Shown here piece by piece: positions 1 through 13,395 of a stretch of DNA of 64,000 nucleotides. How positions within the stretch are numbered: position 1 is the first letter of the stretch; the number at the start of each line of letters is the position of its first letter. The translations under genes were made by a program, and so were the position numbers. The stretch lies in the NCBI RefSeq assembly GCF_009914755.1, contig NC_060926.1; one strand, written 5' to 3'. This DNA is from the human T2T-CHM13v2.0 reference genome, Homo sapiens. Under the pieces are notes generated by a model, which was given only the letters and a program-made list of their open reading frames with translations, had not been told where the DNA came from and ran no database searches.

Positions 1-1697
1 TTTGAAAACCAGTGATCAAGTGTTGACAACTCCTGTCACAGCTGAGAAACTTAGGCCTTGTTCAAGGTCACATGGAGAAAGAATATTGCATGGAGTAGAC
101 CCCGCTCCTCCCCCGCATCCAACTGAACGTGGGCTGTGGTCCTGTTGGCTCCCTATGGGCCTGCTCTCCTTCCCTCTTTTTCTCCCCGATAGATGGGACC
201 TGTGAGGCCTGTCTCTAGCTCAGCTTGGCATGAGATGGGCCACTCCTGCCAGCTCACCTCCCTGCTGGCTATTTGCCCTTCATCACAGAGGTGGGGGAGG
301 ATGGCTGCCTCATTCCAGCCTCAGCTGCTATTGTGGCTACAAAGGCAAAGCCAGCTCTACAGCAGGCCCATTTCAGCGCATTATAGGAAACCAGAGGCTT
401 TAAACCCAGACCAGCTTGGAGCCTGGGGCTGCCGCGTCCGCTTACCAGTGGTGGACTTGGGGATGTTTCTTACTCTCCGAGCTTGACTTGCTTTATCTGT
501 TAAGTGGCAGTTGCTGATGGCAGTGAATTGTGGAGTGATAGGTACTGTCATGGCACGAGCTCAAAAGTGGCTGTTTCCCCTGGTTTCGCTTGTTTATTAT
601 TAGTATTATTTTCATAGAGGAGTTAATGGAGCAAATGAGAAACAATTCTTTATTCATTCTTAGTTTTGGAGTCTGCATCCTGTACAGTGTCCTCAGAAGT
701 GTAGATCGTTTCTGCTGCAGGAGCCCAGGACGTTTGGTCAGCTCTGACTTCGTCACGTAGACTTTGTGAGAGGGAGGGTGCTTCAGAGGAGGGCCCGCCA
801 TGAGGTCTGCCTCCTTGTATTTGTTACTTCTGAAATCTTAATGCCAGTTATTTTAAACTAGGGTGACTAATGGACCCTTATTTCGTGAAGGAACAGAAAA
901 GTAGAAAAGGTTTAAAGGCAAAAAAAGCTGAAGGTATTTGTCTGTGATGTTCAACAAACCAGCCTCATCAGGCCCCAGGTGGAAAATCGGCGTGGTGACG
1001 CATGTGCTGCCATCCCTTGGGGTGGCGCACGGAAATGGAAGCGTGAGGTCATCCCTGTGATCAGTAACAAAAGTCTACCTGGAAAATGGTTACTTTGATT
1101 TTCCAGGGAGTGAGTAGTGTGACAGGCATGTCAAAATTAATCATCAGTAGATTTATTCAAAGCTAAAAGTCAACTGAAATTCTAAGCTCTCTTTGCTATA
1201 CTACATTTAAAGATAATTGCTAAAGTTTCTTTAGATGTCCTTATTCATTCAGTTACAGATTTATCATTTTTCAAACCAAATTCTAAACTGTGTTACGTTC
1301 AGTATGTTTTTGAAGTCATAAAAGTTGAGTTATAGTAAATTTAAAATCGAGCAATTTCTGCTTTAAATATAGGGTATCATTCTTTCCTTTAGATTCGTTG
1401 CCCTGAACTTTTGATTTTGATATTATAAATACACAGCTACTCATCTCATTCTCTTATCTCCACTGTGCTGGGAAGACCGAGAGGCTGAGCAGCAGCTCCA
1501 CTGAATTCAAGTCAGAGGATATTTGTTTGAATTGGAGACTGGGTGTTGGTAAATGGGTGACAGTGACAAGTGGGTGATTGGGGACACGTCCTTGAGGCTC
1601 ATGCCTTAGAGGAAATGCCTTGTTTACCCTATGAGGTCTCTAGATGCACGGAGGCTACTGCATTCCCAGGGGGTCAGCCTTGTCTCAGAAGTACTGA

Positions 1698-2015
<318 letters not shown>

Positions 2016-2876
2016 GAGAATATTTTTAAATGTTCATCTCAAGTTAGCATCACTGAAGCTATAGCTTCCTCTCTTTAGTTTGTTCTTGTACCCAGTGATT
2101 CACCCAGAATTGTTTGGGTTTTCCATATAAGAAAATGTGATTCGCTTGGTGTCAGTAAGGAAGGGATTCTCTGACTCATAGAAGCACGGGTGTCACCCCA
2201 AACAGCACCATGAGGAGGATAGCCTGAGTCCGATCCCTCTGGGTTGGGGCTGCCATCAGGATCTGTACATTCTCATGACCTGTGTGCTTAAACTTGGGCC
2301 CTTGAGGTTCCTGTCCTTTCCACATCTAAGCCAGCAGTAGACTCAAACCGAAGGTCCGTTAATGTCCTCATCAGTCGTGAGCAGCTCTGTGTGGACCATC
2401 TGCCTGTCCAGTACTGAACCAGTTCCTGTGACTGGGGCTCATTGCCTTGGCCTAGGCCACATGTTGACCCAGAGTACACAGGCCAGGATGGGAAAGGGTC
2501 ACCTGCCCATGCAGAGTCACAGGTCCTGGCCATGAGCACAGGAGTTGGATGTAGGACAACCACCATAAATGTCCCTTGCCCAAGTTGTCATGAAATTTCA
2601 AAACTTCAGCCAGTGTTCCCTGCTTGACACTCAGACCTGAAGGCCTCCTGCAAGTGCCAGCCACTGTCGTGAGCTCAGGTGTCTGAGAGCACGCTTGGTT
2701 CCCACGCTGCGGTCCGGTTGGACGTGGTAGATGTGAGACCAGTGCCTGAAAGAATGCCGCTGTAGGGAAACATGAAGACACACACACTCAGCCACACTGT
2801 ATTTAATGGGCCGGGATTTGTGTAAGTGATCTCCATGGAGACGCAGGTGGTGAGCCTGAGATGCTACACTTTAGAG

Positions 2877-3213
2877 CAGGAGTCATCCACTCCCGGATGG
2901 CAGCCTGGTACCAGTCTGTGGCCTGTTAGGAACCGGGCCACACAGCAAGAGGTGAGTGGCGAGTGAGTGAGCATTACTGCCTGAGCGCTGCCTCCCGTCA
3001 GATCAGCGGAGGCATTAGATTCTCACAGAAGTGCGAACCCTATTGAGAACGGCACATGCAAGGGATCTAGGACGCACACTCCTTATGAGAATCTAGTGCC
3101 CGATGATCTAAGGTGGAACAGTTTCACCCTGAAAACCATCCCTCCTCCCTATCCGTGGAAAAATTGTCTTCCAGGAAACTGGTCCCTGGTGCCAAAAAGG
3201 TTGGGGGCCGCTG
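2877..3213 (+). mobile_element. MER1B-like hAT-Charlie element
   Basis: Characteristic GGCCTGTTAGGAACCGGGCC...GCATTAGATTCTCA...GGTCCCTGGTGCCAAAAAGGTTGGGG; CAG...CTG termini; degenerate 8-bp TAGA-containing TSD. Confidence 0.88.
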
Positions 3214-5196
3214 TCGTAGATCCTTTGACGAGCGTCCCCAAGGAGACCTCAGACACAGGTTCCTGCCTTGCAGGGTCCTGACCCCGACCCTCCCGTTGCT
3301 CACAGTGTGTGTGCATGTCCGTTGAGCAGCTTCCCACCCTGATTGCAGCTGTTCCTTTTTAAACAGAACCTGCAGAAGTGGATACACCAAGAACATGGAT
3401 GCATTGCATGTCACATGTATACATTGTCTGTTTCTCCACATATACACCATAACAGAAATGACACAGAAGAGCACCTCCTCGGTTTGCCAACTAGCTTTTG
3501 TATAGCAGCAAATTCAAAGTCAACTAGTGATGAGGAAAGACTGGAAGCAGCTAATAATAAGCATTCTTATGTAACTGATTTGCAAGAATGTAGTACAGTC
3601 GTCATTTGGGAATTGACTGGGTATAAAGAGTTTTCCAGTAAAAGCGCTGGAAGAACCAGAGCCTGCAGAAGCAGGCCTATCGCCCTGTGCCATGTTTTTT
3701 GCCACACTGTCTGCCCATGTTGGGAGTGTGAGGCTTATACCCAGGGCTGCTTCCTGGGTGATCTTGGGGGATTTTCATTTTTCTGGTACAGGACTGGAGA
3801 GTTTATGAGATACACCATGACGGTACAGCATTTAATTTAGTATCACCACTTCGGGAGAATGTGTATCTTAATTGCTAAAATCTCTAACTTTGTATAAATT
3901 CAAATTGAACATAATCCAGACTATATAGCAATCTTTAATGAATTCCATCATCAACATTACCACATAAAGGAAGTTAAGTTGGGCATATAAAATCGTAATT
4001 CAGTAAATTTTTCTTTAGTTAGTAAGCAGATTAGTATTCATTGCTAAGATGCATTTTATCAACGGTTTTGGTAGCGTTAGTTAAAAAATGTAAGAATAAT
4101 GCTATAGAACATGAACATAACATTTTTAGAGAAGTATATTTATCAAACTTTTTAGTTGCACAGTTTCTAAGGGCTGCTTACTGATTAAAAACATTTTTAC
4201 TTATAAAAAGTCAGCCTGTTTTATTTAAGATAAGACATTGAGCTTTCAAGTTGGCAAATTGATGGGCAGAACGTATATATCCTGTTTGTACATGTTTGAG
4301 TTTAAGATGCAGTAGGTTAGGGGGAAAATGTTTTAAAACCATACAGAATTTAGGAAACAGACCTTTTAACTAATAACTGTTACTGAGAGATGATAAAAAA
4401 AAATATGAACTAGTTCACAATGAATTATATTTTGTATGCATGATTGTCTGTGATTATTAATTGATGTGTACTTCCTCTTTGTCAAAAGTTATAATGTATC
4501 CATCTACCATGAAAGGTCCCTAGAACATGAAAGGTGGTTTCTCTACATGCCTGTGAAATTGATGAGCAGGGAGAGGCTTACTCATATTTTAATGCCAGCA
4601 GTAACAGTGCTCACACCCAGAGATCAGGGGCATCAAAGTTGGTGGTAGCAAGGAGTATTTGCCACTGTAATTGACAAATAATACCCCTCATAAATACTGC
4701 CAGTCTTTTCAATTAGTTTTCATCTAAAATTCTGGCTACAAAATGATGGCCTGTCAACTGACAATGAATGGCAAAAATTAATAAATTGTCTTCTAAATAG
4801 AATGGACACTTAAGAAAAATTGGGCAGCCAATTTAGCACAGCATGAAGCAAGGGGAACCCTTTGTACTGGTGCCGGGCACTAATGTTGTCTCGATCTTTA
4901 TTAATGGTGCTCGGCGGCTGCTGACAGTTTTGTTGCTACTGGCAACTTTCTTCATTAAAATTAAAGCCAGCATCAAATTCCATTAGCCGTACTCTGGGCA
5001 CCTTGCATTTTTTTTTTAATACATATTGTTTCTTTTGTTAACTCCCTCTCCACCCATAAGAAGTTGTCAGAGAAGTTAAATGGAAGGAATTGTTTGCTAA
5101 GGCCAGAGAACCATTCACTGTTGTTGTGGGGAAATGGCCATTACTGGCCCGGTGAGAACCCCCATCCTGAAATCTGCAACTCTCCCCCCACAACCT

Positions 5197-5213
5197 CCCC
5201 CCCCCCCCCCCCC
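5197..5213 (+). repeat. C17 homopolymer
   Basis: Direct count. Confidence 0.95.
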
Positions 5214-8200
5214 GCCTTTTGTTCCATCCCCTTTCAAAATGGGAGCATATTACCTCTAAAAACGACACACTATTTTGGATCTGCAGCTTTCAGATAGGAA
5301 CGACTAATTGGTATGAGGCCTTCTAGTTTCTTATTTTTTCTGAGCAGTTTTTTTTTTTTTTTTTAAAGTTCCTGCTTCCCTTTTCTAACTGTATTTCCAT
5401 AGCTGACTATACCTTAACACAATAGTAACTCAATGCTCAGAGAGACTCGCATTTGTCCGGAAGGCCTTAGAGTTATTTTCCCGAAGGCATTACTTTTATC
5501 TGTAGAACAAATTTCAACCTTTGAAGGAAAAAATCGAGCTTTGCTGAATAAGTTCTGAACTATTGTCTGAAAAGCCGTTGCCTGCCCTTCACAGCACTGT
5601 GTACAGTTCAAAAGGCTCTGAAATGCCTCCGCCCTGGAGCTGCTCCTCTTTCGCCAGCAAGAGGCAACAAACAGCTCTGATTCTAGGACAACTCAGTTCT
5701 TGGCTGTGCGCAGCGCCTTCCACCAGCAAGCAGAGGTTGTATGGCCACTGCGAATGTCTCTTGTAAAGGAACTAGGCTGGGATCACCATCCCCATGGGTT
5801 ACCTTCCCCTCCCAGCCCAGTCTCATAATTGCTTTCTTCTGTCCTCAGTAATGCTAAGTTTAGGGGCTAAACCTTCATCTCAGTTTGTTTTCTTCTTCTC
5901 CTCCTCCTCCTCCTTTTAACTTGTATCTTACACTGAAAGAAACACAAATACTCATTAAAACAGTGAAAAGATAGTTGTCAAGCAACAAAGGAAAGGGCAT
6001 ACCAGAAAACATACACTGAGAAATAAAAAATATAACTTTATCTCTGAGCATCCTAGCACTCAAGGCAAAAAGGAAGATAATAATGCTGAGCTCTGCTGGA
6101 AGTCATTACGTAAGTGCGTTCGGTATTTCCTTTAACTGTTCTAACTTGAAACCATAATTATAATTACCTTTTTTTTTTGCCTCAAGGAGATGGCTTATGG
6201 ATTGAATATGAGGATTACCTTTTTCTAACTGCGCAGCTTTCTAGTCACCACTGTCTCCCCATACCTTCCAGTCTCACATCACAGATACGTATTTTATTAA
6301 TGGTATCTAGGATAGTGTTAACAGGAGTCTAACAAATCCAGTATTGTCCTTGTGAATCTTATTCTCATTTGTGGAATTTCTCAAAAATACAGCAACTGAC
6401 TGAGATTCCAAACAGCTCACAATTAAAGACAGTACAATGTTTTGCTTTACAGAGAAGTGGCAGTAGTACAGATTCTGTTTTTTTGTAATAAATGTTTCTG
6501 ACATTTTAATAGTGAAGTAAATTAATCAAATAATTGCAGGAAGATTCTGCTATTCAGCCGTTCTTTTTTGAGTAATCTTAAATAATTAAAGGAAGAACAA
6601 CATGCCAAATGATGGTTCAATTAACATGTATAAAAATAAATATTTACCAAGACTGCATTATTTGCCAAAACGGAGATGTGCAATTATTTAATATTGTTGA
6701 TGGGGCCCATAAAACAAATAGTACCAAATCTCTCCCTGTGTACGGCCGTCAGCCTCCAAGGGCTGTTCTCCCACTGCAGACACCCCTCCTCTTACCACCA
6801 CAATATCTGAACCAGGCAAGGAGACAATTGTTACTTGATGACTGAGCCCACTAATATGTTACAGGAAATGGGGCATGAAATGCAATACTTTATATATAGT
6901 ATGTACTGTGTGAGTCTTCCATTGAAACAAGGCCATTTTTAGCTTGCTGATACAATATTTGCAGTGGTTCATCATTCGATTGTCCTGATTAACAATCAAC
7001 TTCTATAGGGGACCATTTGAGTAGTTTTTTTAAATGTGATGAATCAGAGGATTTGTTCAACATCACTTCATCCTCTTCTTTAAATGGTAATTGGCACTTG
7101 GGAACTTGGGAGTGAAATAAGGTGTGGTCTGTTCTATGTGGTCATTTCCAGAAGTGCCGTTTTGACCACTGCTGTGCCTTTCATCCAGATTTTTGCAACT
7201 GGTAAAGGTGTCACAGGCACCATTGAAATCTACTCCCTCGTCAGGGAACACACTCTTGTTGATAGCAACAGCATGCAATCTCTGTTACAGCCTCTAAGTT
7301 GGAACAGAGAAGGCTTTCGTAGAGGACATTTGGTGGAAATGAAACACATCCAAGCTGTCCCACGTTAACTGTCACCTCTGTCACCCACATGCACTACCTA
7401 TGTTTAGCAGGGCAGCCTCTGCCTGTGATTTGCAGGGAGCGCATGCTGACAGCTCTCTTCCCTCTCCTTAGTTCCAGGAAGGTCCAGGCAGTTGAACTGA
7501 CTGCTTGTCTGTAGAAAGACCCACTGTGTCCCTGGGGGACTGGTAGGTACCCTGATTCCTGCTTATCAGGGGATTGATTCTGGGCATGACCCTTCACCTT
7601 CTCTGTGCATATCTGTATCTTACCTCCATCTGGTCACTAGTTCCAGTAACTTGGCATTTCCTTAAATGAAACATTAACATCTGTAGAAAAGATCTCTCTG
7701 ACATGTTAGATGTAACATGAGTTAAAAAGTCCCATTTGGGAGGAAGAGAACCATTGGGGACCCTGCCCCGTGGGGTTCCTGAGTGTCCTGGGCACCTTTG
7801 CTTGAGCTCATTCTTTTCGTCAGAGATCAAAACCAGGAGTGCCTCCTTCAGCTTGTACTACCGGATGGCTTAGCACCTGGCGAGTGAGTGTCTCAGAAAG
7901 AAAACTGCAGGAGTGCATTAGACCACTCAGGGGCCCTGCTGTCCTGGGTGTTCATCCATGGCTCCATTCATCCATGGCTCCGTGCACGTGCAGCCCGGGA
8001 CCATGACTCTGATTCGATGCACTTTGTTTTCCAGAAGCACAGTTTGTCTTCTAACTTCTAATCAGTTCGGGATGGTATTCAAATTTCCAAGAAATTAAAT
8101 TATTTGTAGTAAGGAGTTATTGCCAGTAGCAGTGGTAGCGGTCCTTGTCATCGTCATCAAAGTGGCGGTGGTAGTAATAGCAGTATAAGGAAATATTTGT

Positions 8201-9109
8201 GCTGCTCGTAATGAAACGTGCACATGGAATGTTTCTGGAGATCAGGGCCAGATGTAGGGTGCATTTTCCATGCCCGTTCTCATCCGTAGCAGAGACTGCG
8301 TGGAGTGCTGTGTTGAGAAGGCTTCGGAGGCTCAGGTGTTGCAGATGCCATCTGCCATCACCATGGGGTAGGGCAGTGCAAACTGCAAACTGTCCCAGGT
8401 ACCTTTTAGCCATTCTTGGTTTAAGTCTTTAAGACTAAAATTGACACATGGCTGTTTGTCTGCATAAACCTTTTTCTTTCTTTAATCAGGAGGAAAGTGA
8501 GTAATCCTTTTCATTTCTCCAGTAGAACCTCTAGTCCATGTCTGAATTGCCTTCACAGACCATATGCACCTCTGAACTTCCGTAATAGATGTCAGGATCC
8601 TGAGGGCAGCCCTGGGTTGTTCTTTATGCCTCTTCACATCCAGGGTGGTGCTGTCCACTCACCGTGCGTGCATTGAGACTGTTTGGGTTGCTTTGCTCTC
8701 TGGTGAGATCTCTGTGTGCATGCTTTTTCTAATCTCCTCTGCTCTGTGTAGGGCAGGGCATATGTATGTAGTTATCATAATGGGATTTGGAGCCCACAGA
8801 CAATGTGGCTTCCCCTTTACTGCTCACTGGTTATATTACCTTGCCCAATTACTTAACCTCCATGAAACTTTTTACCATTCATGAGATTTGTTAGAATCAT
8901 TCAGTAATTCATTCATCAAATACTTTTTGAACATTTGATATTTGCCAGGTTATGGGCAAGACGGGAGTGGTCCCTACTGTCCATAAGCTCATGATGTAGC
9001 AACTAAGGAGCCAGATGGCAGGGGCATCCCACGTGGTCTGGGAAGCCCTGTCAAATGGAAACACAGTGCCAACCACAATGTGATTTCCATTTTGCAGGGG
9101 CAGGTACAT

Positions 9110-9351
9110 GAGAAAAAGTAAGAAGAAATAAGTGAATCTGAAGTTTATTTTAATATGCTTTATTTAACCTAGTATATCCAGTGTTTGATCATTTTAGCAT
9201 ATAATCAATACAAGAAGTTACCTTGCGCCCTACAGAACCTTCAAAATCTGGTGTGTAGTTCACCTATATAGCACCTCTCGGCTGGGACTGGCCTCCCGTC
9301 GAGTCCTCAGTTGGCACATGTGGCTGAGGGTGGCCCTGTGGGATGGTACAG
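9110..9351. mobile_element. MER33/MER3-like hAT-Charlie fragment
   Basis: TTTATTTAACC..TATATCCA, CTTCAAAATCTGGTGTGTA, and CACATGTGGCT..GTGGC end motif. Confidence 0.7.
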
Positions 9352-10844
9352 GTACAGCCTCCTCTTTGAGCTAGGGATGATTTCAGCTGACCAGGGGACA
9401 GACGCTGGCTGGGGTTAGGGAGGCAGTGTGAGGTGGGCCTCCTGGGCCCGAGGTCATCGAAGGCCCCGGTGGGGAGAGCACATGGCTAACTACGGGTCGC
9501 TGGCCAATGCAAGGCAGCAGCATGGGAGAAAGCCCTGGTGTGAGGCGGGACACCTGGTTTGCAGGCTGAGGATGTGCCACCTGTGGGACACCAGGTAGTG
9601 ATGTCTGCAGCTGTGGATGAGACCTTCTAGGGGAAGAGTTAACTCGGAAAGAAAGGAACTCTGAGCATTGAAGAGTCAGGTGGATGAAAAGTTGCCAGGA
9701 ATGGAAAAGAGAAACTAGAGGGAACAAGGGAAGTGTGTCATTCAGGAACTTTCTGTATTTAAAAGTGTGTGTTGGAGAGAAAGGACAAATCTTTTATGCG
9801 GAGGACTTGTAAATATTTTCCATAGATATAAAAGTCGACTTCATAGCTTGCCTGGTGTGCTCGGTTTTGACTCTATAGATCTGACTTGAATGCGCAAGCG
9901 GGCCGTTCCCACGTGATTTAATAAACAGTTGCTGTAGCATGTGTAATCTTTGCAGTGACAACAATTTAGGGATCATTCGCTAGAATAAAGCAGGAGCAGC
10001 AGGTTCTGATTGTTCCTTTTTCAGGAATTCCTCCCTGCCATATCCATGTGCCACTGTGTAGTCCCGTGAACTCTGCATTTTCGCAGAATGCCCCCATCAT
10101 GTGAAGGGGTTCGGCTCACTCTGTGGCCGGCCTGGAGGCCTGGGTGTGCTTCCTAGGCAGGCAGTTGGATTCTGTTTAATTTTCTTTAGCTATGGGAGAA
10201 ATGGAGTCCATTTCCAGACCATGGTAAGTGCCCGTTGGTTTTGTTTGCGGTTCTGGCCTCCAGGGCGGTCTGGGTGGGAGGAGGAGGTGGGCGGCCGGAA
10301 GGTGGTTGAGCGTTTCCGCTCCACTGCGCGGCCCCGGAGCCCCCAAACGCAGGTCAGCATGGAGGGGCAGCCTGCAGAGGTGTCACCAGCAGCCATTAAG
10401 TGCAGATACTGTCGTCCCTGGTGTCGTCCCTGAAAATCTTGTGACAGGGAGAGACAGAGTGAAAGGAAAGAAAAACGAGGCGATCAAGAGATAATATTAA
10501 CTAGAAAAATCAAGAGGGGATCTGTCAGTCCTGGTGGGAAAAAAAAACATTTTGTTTTTCTTAGTTTCCTTTTCCTTTTCTTTTCTTTCCTTTGGATGGA
10601 GGAGGTTTGGTTTGGTCTTAGTACCCCAGCATACAGTAGCTTCATTGGCTTTTTTTCTGCCCATATTCAAAATTCCTTTGATTAGCATTTGGTTCTGGTT
10701 GGGACTTAATAATGCTAGCCAGACCTAATGTGAACCATACATCTCGTCGGCATTACTCATCGTCAACATGGGTTTTTAAAAGGGAAGGAGAGAAACACAA
10801 CAAACTTTTTATTTCTTTCCCTGTCATTGTTCTTGGTCTTGTTA

Positions 10845-11390
10845 TTCAGTGGACGCTGTATTAAATTGGATTCTGTGTCCATCATTATTAAAATGTGAAG
10901 TGTGTCGGTCACAAAGCATACATTTCGGGGCAGTTAGCTGAATAATTCTTTTCTTTATTATCCCAAATTACTGCTGAGCTCTGGAGAGGGGAGCAGTTTA
11001 GCCAATTATTGCCATTTGAGCTGGATTTGTGGGTGATTAGCTCCTGGCCGAATCCAGTCCCGGCCGGCGCTTTGAAGCCTGTGCTGTGCGATTTTCTCAG
11101 CAGTGAGGTAGGAATAGACGCGGCTAATGACAGGAAGGTCGCGCGGGTGAGCTGACCTGTGTGTGGCGCAGCCTTGGGTTCCGCAAATAGGGCACCCACA
11201 GTAACACGTGTGGCGCCGACCCCGCCGTGCGCAATCGGGGCTTTATACGATTGCTGGAGATGCTGACAGCTCAATTAAAGTGTAACCCTTTGTGCCCTGC
11301 AACCTGGCACAACGACAGAAATATTACTCGCCGGAAAGGGGAGGGGGTCTTTGGGGAGCTGGTTAAAGATCCAGAATCGGCCCCTCGCCC
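10845..11390. promoter_or_regulatory. HACNS1 / HAR2 human-accelerated developmental enhancer (boundaries approximate)
   Basis: Repeat-free, locally CpG-rich block in the AGAP1 intron. 11168-11248 (GCAGCCTTGG...GGCTTTATAC, exactly 81 bp) matches my recollection of the HACNS1 accelerated module. Confidence 0.88.
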
Positions 11391-12430
11391 CTTTGCCCCT
11401 CCCCCAACTCCCTCCACTGTACAGAAGGAGCTGCAGAAAAGCCTCCATTTGTAAAATAATAGGTGCTCTGGAGGAGGGGCAGGGCGGGAAATATTACTAT
11501 TTTAAAAAGCTCAGTTAAGGGGGGATTCCTGCTGTTCCTATGGAAACACTTTAAACTAGAGAGAAAGTTAAAAAGATTTAGTAGCGGCAGAGCTTGTGTC
11601 TGCTGGTCACATTTTCTAGTCATCTCCTTTTACCAAAATTTACCTCCCAGCATCGTGGATGTGAATTTGCCAGAAGTTTTCCGTTTGTGGAGGACTGGGG
11701 AAAGCCAGTTAATTGGGATGTGTTTTTGCACACAACGAATGATTTCTATGTTATCGATTTACTTCTTTCACTTAACGGCATTTTCTGCAGCTTGAATGAA
11801 AGCTGTCTCGATCCATGTATGTCTGTGTATCTGCGGTCTGGTCATTTTTGCCACACTTGATTTTTTTCTGCTAAACCCTACGTCTTGCAGTATATGGGTC
11901 ACTCATCCAGATTTACTTGATGCTGTTTTAGTTAGGCAGCAGCATGCGATGCCCTGTGCGCATCTTTATTTTTGGTTTTAGATTTTTGGTGGACTGCTTT
12001 GATGTTTTATTTTCTGAGACTAGGAGTATCTATAACTTGGTGTGGTTATTCTTGCAGGTTGAGCCGGGTGCTAGCTACTGATGTGGGAATCTGGGAGCCC
12101 GAGCCGACTCAGACAGTCCTGACTCCCCAGAATTCCCACCGAGGGAGACAATCCGTGTGTGTGATCGGGGTGTTCTGGACTTGAGGTACCTGGTAGATAC
12201 TCGGGGGAGTGTGTCCAGTACGGAATGGGAATTGAGACTCCAGCAAGTGGGGAAGAGACAGCGGAAGTCCCCAGTGTGACACCAGGGCCTGTGGGGCGTA
12301 TTTGGTGAGACTGGTGAGGTCAGCATTGGACCACCTCCCATGCTGGGTGCCATCAGTGTGCTGGAGGGGGAAGGGGGAGACAGCATTTCTCTGTCCTAGA
12401 GCAGTGCACAGCCTGTTCATGCACCTGTGT

Positions 12431-12814
12431 GTGTGAGTCAGCTCAAACTGCCATAACAGAAGACCACAGACTTTGTCTTAAACAGCAAACATTTATTGTC
12501 TCCCAATTCTGGAGGCTGGAAGTCTTGGATCAAGGCCTCAGTGGGATTGGCTTCTCCTGAAGCCTCTCTCCTTGGCTTGCAGACAGCCATCTTCTCCCTG
12601 TGTCTTCACGTGGTCTTTCTCCGTGAGTGTCTGTGTCCTGATCTTTTCTAATAAGGACAACAGTCATATTGGATTAGGGCCCATCCTAACAGCCTTATTT
12701 TAACATAATTTGCTCTGTAAAGGCCCTGACTCCAAATAGAGTCACATCGTGAGTGCTGGGCGTTAGGATCTCAATATCTGAATTAGGGAGTGGAGCACAA
12801 TGCAGCCCATAATA
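12431..12814 (-). mobile_element. MLT1A-like solo LTR (ERVL-MaLR)
   Basis: CTGCCATAACA..TTCTGGAGGCTGGAAGTC..TCATATTGGATTAGGGCCCA..CAGCCCATAA hallmark blocks. Confidence 0.87.
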
Positions 12815-13014
12815 GTCATCGTCTAAGGGATGGGCGTCGGGGGGTGCTTGCTTATGCGGAGCCTGTGACCCTGCAGCTCAGCATGGGAGGCTAAAGGGGC
12901 GCTCACCAGGATGGCCAGAGGAAGGGGCAGGATGCAAGAAGGACATTTCAGGGGAAAAGAATTGAATTTGCCAATTTACATTAAAGTTTCTGGCCTCTGA
13001 TTGGGTCTGCATGG

Positions 13015-13232
13015 TTTCCTGTCCTGTAGCAGTCTTCTATAAAAGGCTGGAGAGGAGGTATGTTAGGCTTCATGGGTCGTGTGGTTTCTCCTGAACTACC
13101 TACCTCTCCCAGTTCAGGGCAAATGCAGCCATTCCAACCAATGAACTTGACTGTGTTCCGATAAAACTTTATTTACAGAAAGAGGCAGAGGATCAGATTT
13201 GGCCGACATGTGGGAGCTTGCCGGCCCCAGTC
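13015..13232 (+). mobile_element. MER58A-like DNA element
   Basis: CTGTGTTCCGATAAAACTTTATTTACA...GATTTGGCC motif. Confidence 0.7.
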
Positions 13233-13341
13233 CCGTAGGATCCCCAACGCTAATAGTCTGGATGAGGGTGCACAGGCTGTGAGAGTTCCTGTTAGGCGGG
13301 AAGGCTCTGGCCCCTCGGGATCATACACCTTATGCTGGTGC

Positions 13342-13345
<4 letters not shown>

Positions 13346-13394
<49 letters not shown>
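13346..13394 (+). repeat. (GT)24 microsatellite
   Basis: Direct count; perfect repeat. Confidence 0.97.

Positions 13395-13395
<1 letters not shown>

Noticed and set aside
3343-3840. 165-aa non-Alu ORF
   Set aside because: Non-ATG start, no recognisable domain, no convincing splice signals.
8470-8502. Possible 7-nt microexon cag|GAGGAAA|gtgagt
   Set aside because: Not frame-preserving; such motif pairs arise often by chance in long introns.
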